A stretch of 32,000 nt of DNA from Sulfuricella denitrificans skB26 (GTDB lineage: Bacteria > Pseudomonadota > Gammaproteobacteria > Burkholderiales > Sulfuricellaceae). The notes under the pieces were generated by a model. It was not told the origin of the DNA. It saw only the letters and a list, made by a program, of their open reading frames with translations, and made no database searches. The position numbers and the translations under genes are program-made. Location: positions 3,097,666 through 3,129,665 of the forward strand of contig NC_022357.1 of the NCBI RefSeq assembly GCF_000297055.2, given 5' to 3'. Of the stretch, positions 11,677-20,509 are shown one piece after another; positions within the stretch are counted from its first letter, which is position 1, and each line of letters begins with the position of its first letter.

Positions 11677-12333
11677 ATGAACTTTACCCCTTTCTTCCGC
11701 CCCTTTTTCCTGCGCATTTTCCTGGCTATCGCTTTGTCCCTGGTCGGGTTCACTGCAGCAGCAGATCTCCGTCCCGGCAAGGAATATGAGCTGCTTTCCC
11801 CGCCCCAAGCCGTGGAGACCGGGAAAAAGATCGAGGTTCTGGAAATCTTCTCCTACGCCTGCTCACATTGTTTCGACCTCGAGGCAGATATAAGCAAATG
11901 GGCGAAGCAGCTTCCCAACGATGTCGAGTTTCGCCGCTTGCCGGCGATTTTCCGTGCCGACTGGACGCCTCTTGCCAAAGTGTTTTATACCTTCGAAGCC
12001 ATGGGGCTGACCGAAAGGCTGAATGGCGAATTTTTCAATGCCATACATGTCCGCCACACTCGCTTCGCTGACGACAATGCCATCTTTGACTGGGTTGAAA
12101 AACAGGGCATCCCCCGGAAAAGCTTTATCGATAATTATTCTTCATTCTCTACCCAGAGCAAGACATTGCGTGCCAAGCAGCTTACCCAAGCCTATGGTAT
12201 CAGTGGTGTTCCCACGGTTATCGTGGATGGAAAATATCGCACATCCGTATCAAACACTGGCAGCCATGCCGGCCTGATGTCGGCTCTCGACCAGTTGATC
12301 AAACGGGCGCGGCAGGAACGTGCCGGTAACTAG
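11677..12333 (+). CDS. dsbA: periplasmic thiol:disulfide oxidoreductase DsbA
   Basis: Signal-peptide-like N-terminus, a thioredoxin-fold CxxC motif (FSYACSHCF) and a cis-Pro loop (GVPTVIVDGKY). A GGAG Shine-Dalgarno lies upstream. Confidence 0.85.
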   Translation: MNFTPFFRPFFLRIFLAIALSLVGFTAAADLRPGKEYELLSPPQAVETGKKIEVLEIFSYACSHCFDLEADISKWAKQLPNDVEFRRLPAIFRADWTPLAKVFYTFEAMGLTERLNGEFFNAIHVRHTRFADDNAIFDWVEKQGIPRKSFIDNYSSFSTQSKTLRAKQLTQAYGISGVPTVIVDGKYRTSVSNTGSHAGLMSALDQLIKRARQERAGN

Positions 12334-12356
12334 GGGAAATATCTAACCTCTCTGCC

Positions 12357-12998
12357 ATGAGCATCTCCGTCATTCTGGTCGACGACCACCCTCTGTTTCG
12401 CAAAGGTTTGTCGCACCTGCTCGAGGCTGGTACGGATGGAATCACTGTTGCCGGGCAATTTGCCGAGATAGGCGGCGTCCTCGACTGGCTTCGTGACGGC
12501 GGCCGCGCGGAAGTTGCCTTGCTGGATCGTAACTTGCGTGACGAGGATGGACTGACTCTGGTTCCCGAACTGAAGCGGTTCGGCATCAAGGTAATCATGC
12601 TGACCGTTGCTGACGAAGCCCACGAAATTCGTGAGGCTATAGAGCGTGGGGTTGACGGCTACGTATCCAAAACCAGCGAGCCCGCTCAAATCCTTCAGGC
12701 GATATCTACTGTCGCGAGAGGTTCCGGGTTACATCACTCCCCCGTCATGGATGAAGCCATGCAGGGGAAACTGGCATCCGATGCCGGCAGCAAACTTTCA
12801 ACCCGCGAACTGGAAATCGTTGGTTTGGTTGCGCGCGGCATGAGCAACAAGGCCATTGGCGATGAACTGGGCCTTTCGGACAACACCGTACGTAATCACC
12901 TGGGCAGCATCCTGGAAAAGCTCGGGCTCGACAACCGCGTGCAGGTTGCCACCTTTGCCATGAAACATGGCATCAGCAGAAAGTCCGGCGCAGCGTAA
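12357..12998 (+). CDS. NarL/FixJ-family two-component response regulator (REC + LuxR-type HTH), no cognate kinase in the window
   Basis: Receiver residues are intact (VDD at 8-10, acceptor LLD with D57, MLT, YVSK). The C-terminal LuxR/GerE HTH reads LSTRELEIVGLVARGMSNKAIGDELGLSDNTVRNHLGSILEKLG. Confidence 0.85.
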   Translation: MSISVILVDDHPLFRKGLSHLLEAGTDGITVAGQFAEIGGVLDWLRDGGRAEVALLDRNLRDEDGLTLVPELKRFGIKVIMLTVADEAHEIREAIERGVDGYVSKTSEPAQILQAISTVARGSGLHHSPVMDEAMQGKLASDAGSKLSTRELEIVGLVARGMSNKAIGDELGLSDNTVRNHLGSILEKLGLDNRVQVATFAMKHGISRKSGAA

Positions 12999-13296
12999 CC
13001 CCAGATGGGTGTTGTTATATTGATTTCCTGCCTGCATCACGAGATAGCCTTATGCTGAATGTTCCTTCATCCCATCAGGTCCTGTGCTTGCTGCGTTGAC
13101 AGAACAGGACGAAGTGGTGGCTTAACTGTTGGCTGATTGCCAACTCAACGTACTTTACCTGAGCGACCGAATCGGCGAATTTGGCGTCCCCTCTCACAGC
13201 ATAGGCTTGCCACTAACCTCCATTTACCCGGATCTGGCCGAGAAGCGGGGGGAACTATACGCCGCGTAATCCTGCACGCGCGGGTTATTCATTTGC

Positions 13297-13699
13297 GTGA
13301 CGAGCACAATGTCGCGCCGCATCGAGGAAGAAATTTCCCGGATGAAGCGCTATCAGCAAAAATTCCGTCTGCTCCTGCTCAAGGTTCCGAATGCCGGTCA
13401 GGAGCAGTTCCTGCAGATCGCGGACATACTGCGAATTCATCTACGCGTGATGGATATCGTGGAAAACCACAAAGATGGTCAGTTTCTGGCGATTCTGCCG
13501 GAAACCGCTCTAGAAAATGCGCGACTGCGCAGACCGTCTGCAAAGAGCCTTGCGTGAAGAAAACCTGGATGGAGGAGAAATTCGGTTACTTTACAATGTC
13601 GCCGAAGCGATCGACGAAGAAAACGTCAATGCCTTGCTTGGCCGACTTGATGATGTTTACAAGAAATTCAGGAATAGCGCGCATCTCGCTACTGAATGA
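13297..13699 (+). pseudogene. degenerate stand-alone GGDEF-like domain protein (A-site KDGQF, I-site RVMD), split by a +1 frame break near 13514-13520
   Basis: Two tracked ORFs (13297-13557 and 13517-13699) together follow the GGDEF-domain pattern across the break. The matching elements are VTSTMSRR, RLLLLKV, RVMD-x5-KDGQF, FLAILPETALE, ADRLQRAL and LLGRLDDVYKKFRN. The start is either GTG 13297 or ATG 13309, with no clear Shine-Dalgarno. The gene may be intact if the break is an assembly indel. Confidence 0.5.
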
Positions 13700-14453
13700 A
13701 GCCTTTATCAAGCAATTCCGCTGTCAACGCAAAATAGTCTTTTGCCCCTTGGCTGCGGGGCGCAAAATCAAACACACTCTTGCCATGCTCCGGGCTCTCC
13801 GCCAGGCTGACATTTTCCGCAATATGCGTTTCGCACAAAGCGTCGCCGTAACGCTCCCTTAACTGCTCATAAACGTGATGGGAAAACTTTCTGCGGGAAT
13901 CGAAGCGGGTCACCACCACTTTGCGTTCGATTTTACGCTTCAGACCTCTCTCCAGAACATTTAGTGCTGCATCCAGCCGCTCAACCCCCTGCATGGAAAG
14001 ATAATCGGCCGACACAGGGATCAACACTCGGTCGGCAGCAAAAATCGCATTCAATGACAACACGCCAAGCATCGGGCAGCAGTCGATCAAAATCGGACTA
14101 TCCTCCCATGCCAGGCTTTCCTGCAGGCCCTCGCGCAGGCGCGATGCAATGCTGGTGCTTTTTCCGTATAGCGCATCGATTTTCGACAACTCCAGATGAC
14201 CTGGAATCAGCCGCATACCGTCAGCGACATCACGTACCAGGCTAGCCAACGGAGTCTCCTCGCGGTAAAACGCCGCAATGCTCTCATCCCGGTTTTCTGC
14301 GCGGATTCCACATGAAAGTGTCAGATGCGCCTGGGGATCGAGGTCAATCGCAATCGGCCGTTTTTCCAGATGCGCCAGGGCGGCCGCCAGATTCAGAGTC
14401 GTGGTGGTTTTACCCACCCCGCCTTTCTGGTTGAAGACCGCTATCACAGCCAT
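13689..14453 (-). CDS. orphan ParA/Soj-family (deviant Walker A) ATPase
   Basis: MAVIAVFNQKGGVGKTTTTLNLAAALA (KGGxGKT deviant Walker A), IAIDLDPQ and ILIDCCP (Walker B). The start is set at ATG 14453, preceded by GGAGG (14461-14465) one nt after the glmS TAG stop (14467-14469). The tracked 28-codon extension overlaps glmS and is rejected. Confidence 0.85.
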   Translation of the reverse strand: MAVIAVFNQKGGVGKTTTTLNLAAALAHLEKRPIAIDLDPQAHLTLSCGIRAENRDESIAAFYREETPLASLVRDVADGMRLIPGHLELSKIDALYGKSTSIASRLREGLQESLAWEDSPILIDCCPMLGVLSLNAIFAADRVLIPVSADYLSMQGVERLDAALNVLERGLKRKIERKVVVTRFDSRRKFSHHVYEQLRERYGDALCETHIAENVSLAESPEHGKSVFDFAPRSQGAKDYFALTAELLDKGFIQ

Positions 14454-14466
14454 GTTATTGCCTCCG

Positions 14467-16299
14467 CTATTCCACTGTGACCGATTTTGCCAGGTTTCTT
14501 GGCTTGTCCACGTCCGTTCCCTTTTGCAAGGCCGCATGATAGGCCAGCAACTGTAGCGGCACCGTATGCAGGATCGGACTCAGCAGTCCAGCATGCTCCG
14601 GCAGCTTGATCAGGTGAACGTCCTCCTGTGCCTGCATCTGGCTATCCTGGTCAGCAAGCACGTACAACTCGCCGCCGCGAGCGCGGACTTCCTGCAGGTT
14701 GGATTTCAGTTTTTCCAGCAAGGCATCGTTGGGGGCGATAGCGACCACCGGCATGTCGCTATCGACCAACGCCAGCGGGCCGTGCTTTAGCTCTCCCGCC
14801 GGGTAGGCTTCGGCATGGATGTAGGAGATTTCCTTCAGCTTCAGCGCGCCTTCCATGGCGATCGGATAATGCAATCCACGCCCAAGAAACAGGGCATGCT
14901 GCTTGAATGCCATGCGCTCAGCCCAGAGCTCAATCTGCGGCTCGAGCAGCAGCACCTGGTTGACCATCGCTGGCAAGTGGCGCAGCGCATCGAGGTGCGC
15001 TGTTTCCTGCGCGGCGCTGATGCGGCCGCGCAGCTTGCCCAACACCAATGCCAGCAAAAGCAATGCGGTCAGTTGGGTGGTGAAAGCTTTGGTAGAGGCA
15101 ACACCAATTTCAGGGCCCGCACGAGTCAGAAAGCGTAGCCCCGATTCGCGTACCAGCGCGCTTTCAGGGGCATTACAAATAGACAGGCTATGTACATGGC
15201 CGAGGGATTTGGCATGCTTTAGCGCTGCCAGGGTATCCGCCGTTTCGCCCGACTGGGAAATGGTCACGATCAGCGCATTGGGATTGGGCACACTGTCACG
15301 ATATCGGTATTCGCTCGCCACTTCAGCGTTGCATGGAATTCCCGCAACACTCTCAATCCAGTAGCGTGCCACCATTGCGGCGTGATAACTGGTACCGCAA
15401 GCAATGATGGTTACACTATCGATTGCACTGAGTACGTTACTCGCGTGATCACCAAATATTGTCGGGTTGAGGTCACCATGGCTCAGCGCCTCTTCCAGGG
15501 TTTCTGCCAAAGCGCGAGGCTGCTCGAAAATTTCTTTCTGCATGTAGTGCCGGTAACCGCCCAGCTCTGCCCGGTCCGCGCTGAGTTCGCTGATTTGTAC
15601 CGGCCTGGATACCTGCATGCCACTCCGGTCAACAATCCTGAAGTCGAGCAGGCCAATATCCGCCACGTCGCCCTCTTCCAAGTAAACCACTTTTTGCGTA
15701 ACCGGGAGTAATGCCGAAACATCGGAAGCGATGAAGTGCTCCTCGATACCGACACCGATCAACAGCGGACTGCCCTCGCGCGCGCACACCAGTCGATTTG
15801 GCTCAGCGGCACAGATCACACCTATCGCGTAGGTACCCTTGAGTTCGGTGACGGCCTTGCGGGTAGCCTGAAACAGGTCTTTTTCCTGGTGGAAATGAAA
15901 ATGAATCAAATGGACGATGACTTCGGTGTCGGTATCGGAAGTGAAGTGGTAACCGATTTCGCTTAACCGCTGGCGCAACGCTTCGTGGTTTTCGATAATA
16001 CCATTGTGCACAACGGCAAGTGATTCCTCGCTAACATGGGGGTGGGCGTTGCGCTCGCTGGGTACGCCATGCGTCGCCCAACGAGTATGAGCAATGCCGA
16101 GATTGCCATGCGTTTTCTGGATTTTTATTTCCGCTTCCAACTCGGCCACGCGCCCCGGCTTCCGCACTCGAGTTAGCCCACCATTCACCGACACGGCCAG
16201 ACCTGCCGAATCGTAACCACGATATTCAAGCCGCCTCAAGCCTTCCAGCAGAATAGGCACAACATTGCGCTGTGCAACAGCGCCGATGATTCCACACAT
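14467..16299 (-). CDS. glmS: glutamine--fructose-6-phosphate aminotransferase
   Basis: 610 aa with an N-terminal MCGIIGAV (Cys2 nucleophile), two SIS domains and a C-terminal ...AKSVTVE. A GGAG Shine-Dalgarno lies in the 12-nt spacer after glmU. Confidence 0.95.
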   Translation of the reverse strand: MCGIIGAVAQRNVVPILLEGLRRLEYRGYDSAGLAVSVNGGLTRVRKPGRVAELEAEIKIQKTHGNLGIAHTRWATHGVPSERNAHPHVSEESLAVVHNGIIENHEALRQRLSEIGYHFTSDTDTEVIVHLIHFHFHQEKDLFQATRKAVTELKGTYAIGVICAAEPNRLVCAREGSPLLIGVGIEEHFIASDVSALLPVTQKVVYLEEGDVADIGLLDFRIVDRSGMQVSRPVQISELSADRAELGGYRHYMQKEIFEQPRALAETLEEALSHGDLNPTIFGDHASNVLSAIDSVTIIACGTSYHAAMVARYWIESVAGIPCNAEVASEYRYRDSVPNPNALIVTISQSGETADTLAALKHAKSLGHVHSLSICNAPESALVRESGLRFLTRAGPEIGVASTKAFTTQLTALLLLALVLGKLRGRISAAQETAHLDALRHLPAMVNQVLLLEPQIELWAERMAFKQHALFLGRGLHYPIAMEGALKLKEISYIHAEAYPAGELKHGPLALVDSDMPVVAIAPNDALLEKLKSNLQEVRARGGELYVLADQDSQMQAQEDVHLIKLPEHAGLLSPILHTVPLQLLAYHAALQKGTDVDKPRNLAKSVTVE

Positions 16300-16311
16300 A
16301 TTTAGACTCCG

Positions 16312-17691
16312 TCAGGGAGAAGGTTTATTTTTTTGAGGCCGTTTCCAGCCTGGGATTGTAACCTGCTTTGCCCGCGACAGAGTGAGTTGCTCCGCCGGCG
16401 CATCTCTGGTAATTGTCGCTCCCGCACCAATGGTCGCGCCCTTGCCTACGGTGACCGGGGCTACCAGTTGGGTGTCTGAACCGATAAATGCGTCGTCCTC
16501 GATAACCGTCCGGTGCTTGTAGGCGCCATCGTAGTTGCAGGTGATGGTACCAGCGCCGATATTCACATTTTTTCCTACCGTGGTATCACCGATATAACTC
16601 AGGTGGTTGATCTTGCTGCCGCGGTCAACCTGGCTATTTTTCAACTCGACGAAATTGCCGACATGCACATCTTCTGCCAGTTCGGTACCAGGGCGGAGTC
16701 GGGCAAACGGTCCAATACGTCCATTATCGCCAATTCGTGCCTCCTCAATCAGGCTAAATGGCGCAATCCGGGTCCCCTCTCCAACACTGACATCACGCAG
16801 CACGCAGTTGGCGGCAACAGTGACATTATCGCCCAATACCACCTTGCCTTCAAAAACGCAGTTGACGTCGATGCTGACATCTCGGCCACAGACCAATTCG
16901 CCACGCACGTCGATGCGCTTTGGATCCATCAGACGTACGCCTCGCTCCATCAGCCTGGTGGCAACTTCATGCTGGTGCAGACGTTCCAGATGCGCCAACT
17001 GAGCGGCGCTGTTCACTCCTATCACCTCCCAGTGGTGGCCAGGGTGGCGAGCATTCACTCTCACGCCATCAACCACGGCCATGGCGATAACGTCAGTCAA
17101 ATAGTACTCTCCCTGGGCATTGTCGTTGCGTAAAGCACTAAGCCATTTTTTCATCTTAGCATTGGGTAGTGCCATGATGCCCGTATTCACTTCATGTATG
17201 GCGCGCTCCGCCTCATTCGCATCTTTGTGCTCTACAATGGATTTTACTTGGCCTTGCGCATCGCGCAGGATTCGGCCGTATCCCTCCGGGTCCGGTAACG
17301 ATACCGTCAGCAAACCAACCGAATCTCCATTCATTGAGTCCAGCAGGTTACGTAGAGTACTGACGGAGATCAGCGGCACGTCACCATACAGAATCAGGGT
17401 CACCCCGGCATCATCCAACTCCACTGCGGCCTGCTGCAATGCATGACCGGTTCCAAGTTGCTGCACCTGATTGACCCAGGTGATATCACTGTCAGCGAAT
17501 GCCTGCGGCACGGTCTCACCACCATGCCCATAAACCACCAGCAATTTTGCAGGGTCAAGTTCTCGTGCGGCATTGATAACATGCCCGAGTAGTGGACGGC
17601 CTGCAAGCGGGTGCAGAACCTTCGGGCGGTCTGAGTGCATGCGCGAACCTTTTCCAGCCGCCAATATAACGATGTTAAGTTTGGATATCAT
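16312..17691 (-). CDS. glmU: bifunctional GlcNAc-1-P uridyltransferase / GlcN-1-P acetyltransferase
   Basis: Start set at ATG 17691 ([18 protein letters not shown], nucleotidyltransferase signature). The C-terminal half is a left-handed beta-helix of hexapeptide repeats. The tracked upstream extension runs through the terminator hairpin. Confidence 0.93.
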   Translation of the reverse strand: MISKLNIVILAAGKGSRMHSDRPKVLHPLAGRPLLGHVINAARELDPAKLLVVYGHGGETVPQAFADSDITWVNQVQQLGTGHALQQAAVELDDAGVTLILYGDVPLISVSTLRNLLDSMNGDSVGLLTVSLPDPEGYGRILRDAQGQVKSIVEHKDANEAERAIHEVNTGIMALPNAKMKKWLSALRNDNAQGEYYLTDVIAMAVVDGVRVNARHPGHHWEVIGVNSAAQLAHLERLHQHEVATRLMERGVRLMDPKRIDVRGELVCGRDVSIDVNCVFEGKVVLGDNVTVAANCVLRDVSVGEGTRIAPFSLIEEARIGDNGRIGPFARLRPGTELAEDVHVGNFVELKNSQVDRGSKINHLSYIGDTTVGKNVNIGAGTITCNYDGAYKHRTVIEDDAFIGSDTQLVAPVTVGKGATIGAGATITRDAPAEQLTLSRAKQVTIPGWKRPQKNKPSP

Positions 17692-17706
17692 GATTTTGTT
17701 TTGCCT

Positions 17707-17739
17707 ATAAAAAAATGGCAGCCCTAGAGGCTGCCATTT
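17707..17739 (-). terminator. rho-independent terminator after atpC
   Basis: Perfect 11-bp stem (17713-17723 pairs with 17729-17739) and a 5-nt loop (17724-17728). On the minus-strand RNA it is followed by a U-run (AAAUGGCAGCC-UCUAG-GGCUGCCAUUU-UUUUAU). Confidence 0.8.
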
Positions 17740-17767
17740 CAACACTACCTACCCACTCGCACAAGCA

Positions 17768-18190
17768 CTACCTCTGCTTGCGCAGTCGTTGAATCGCATG
17801 TAACTGGGCGATGGCCTCGGCCAACTCAGCCTGTGCCTGAGCGTAATCGATCGATGCCGTGCGATCGCGCATAGCCTCCTCAGCTCGTTGCTTGGCTTCC
17901 ATTGCCTTCACCTCATCCAGGTCTCTGCCACGAACCGCTGTGTCGGCAAGGATGGTCACCACCGAGGGTTGAACCTCGAGCAAGCCGCCGGAAACGTAGA
18001 TCAACTCCTCTTCGTCGCGATCAGGCAACTTGAGGCGAACCGAGCCCGCCTTGATTTTGGTAATCATCGGCGCGTGACGTGGGTAAATACCCACTTCTCC
18101 CATTGCCGCCGGAGCAACGAGGAATTCTACCAATCCGGAGAAAAGCGAACGTTCCGCACTGACCACGTCCACATGCATTGTCATTGCCAT
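17768..18190 (-). CDS. atpC: F1 ATP synthase epsilon subunit
   Basis: 140 aa; the [13 protein letters not shown]... N-terminus closely parallels enterobacterial AtpC, and it occupies the last position of the atp operon. Confidence 0.93.
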   Translation of the reverse strand: MAMTMHVDVVSAERSLFSGLVEFLVAPAAMGEVGIYPRHAPMITKIKAGSVRLKLPDRDEEELIYVSGGLLEVQPSVVTILADTAVRGRDLDEVKAMEAKQRAEEAMRDRTASIDYAQAQAELAEAIAQLHAIQRLRKQR

Positions 18191-18202
18191 GGTTGATTTG
18201 CC

Positions 18203-19603
<1,401 letters not shown>

Positions 19604-19611
19604 TCATTCGA

Positions 19612-20475
19612 TTAAACCGCTGCGGCACCCGCGACGATCTCGGATAGTTCCTTGGTGATGGCTGCCTGACGGGTTTTGTTGTAAATCAGCTTGAGTTCGT
19701 CAATCACGTTCCCGGCATTATCCGAGGCCGCCTTCATCGCCACCATCCGTGAACTTTGCTCGGAGGCAATATTTTCAGCCACTGACTGATAAATCAGGGT
19801 CTCGATATACCGCACCAGCAGATCGTCAATGACCTGCTTAGCATCTGGCTCATAAATATAATCCCAATGGCCGCTTGCGCTTCCCAACGCTTCACCACTA
19901 ATGGGCAGAAGCTGCTCCATCACCGGCTCCTGCTTCATGGTATTGACGAAGCGGGTGAAACAGATATGCAACGCGTCGATGCGGCCATCATTATAGGCAT
20001 CCAGCATCAACTTAACCGGCCCGATCAGCTTTTCCATGTGCGGCGTATCGCCCAGATGCGTCGCCTGTGAAAGCACGCTAGCTCCGATGCGCTGCATGAA
20101 ACCTAGTGCTTTGTTGCCTATAGCGCAAACCTCAACGCCATGCTTGCCGCTTTCCCATTCCTTCATCCTAGCCAGGGTCATGCGCAGGACGTTGGTGTTC
20201 AGGCCACCGCACAACCCCTTGTCCGAGGTAACCACGATCACCCCGATGCGGCTCGGGTTCTCGCGCTTTACCAGAAAAGGATGTTTGTATTCCGGATTGG
20301 CATGGCTCAGGTGTGCCGCTACATTACGAATTTTCTCCGCATAGGGCCTGGCCGCACGCATCCGATCCTGCGCTTTGCGCATTTTGGAGGCCGCAACCAT
20401 TTCCATGGCTCGGGTTATCTTCTGGGTATTCTGGACGCTCTTGATCTTGGTCCGAATTTCTTTACCGCCAGCCAT
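19612..20475 (-). CDS. atpG: F1 ATP synthase gamma subunit
   Basis: 287 aa, [36 protein letters not shown]..., the canonical AtpG N-terminus, in the expected operon position. Confidence 0.95.
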   Translation of the reverse strand: MAGGKEIRTKIKSVQNTQKITRAMEMVAASKMRKAQDRMRAARPYAEKIRNVAAHLSHANPEYKHPFLVKRENPSRIGVIVVTSDKGLCGGLNTNVLRMTLARMKEWESGKHGVEVCAIGNKALGFMQRIGASVLSQATHLGDTPHMEKLIGPVKLMLDAYNDGRIDALHICFTRFVNTMKQEPVMEQLLPISGEALGSASGHWDYIYEPDAKQVIDDLLVRYIETLIYQSVAENIASEQSSRMVAMKAASDNAGNVIDELKLIYNKTRQAAITKELSEIVAGAAAV

Positions 20476-20509
20476 CAGTCAACTCCGCTGTGAATTCGTC
20501 TGCGCTCAA

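Noticed and set aside
13586-13684. 32-codon minus-strand ORF (MRAIPEFLVNIIKSAKQGIDVFFVDRFGDIVK) starting 4 nt after the ParA-like stop, considered as a possible small ParB-like or adaptor partner
   Set aside because: It is exactly antisense to the part of the plus-strand ORF that matches the conserved C-terminal GGDEF-domain pattern. It has no Shine-Dalgarno and no recognisable motif.
13137-13862. 241-aa plus-strand ORF spanning the spacer, the GGDEF-like ORF and the 3' end of the ParA-like gene
   Set aside because: Its translation is Arg/Ser/Pro-rich nonsense. It overlaps two better-supported reading frames and has no start context.
12999-14470. Tn7-like or other island inserted at the attTn7 position downstream of glmS
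   Set aside because: There are no tnsABCD-like genes, no integrase, no terminal repeats, and no obvious composition shift by eye. The first downstream gene is coupled to glmS with a 13-nt spacer.
14454-14537. 28-codon N-terminal extension of the ParA-like ORF in the ORF track
   Set aside because: It overlaps the glmS 3' end. An ATG with a GGAGG Shine-Dalgarno at 14453 places the deviant Walker A box at the usual distance from the N-terminus.
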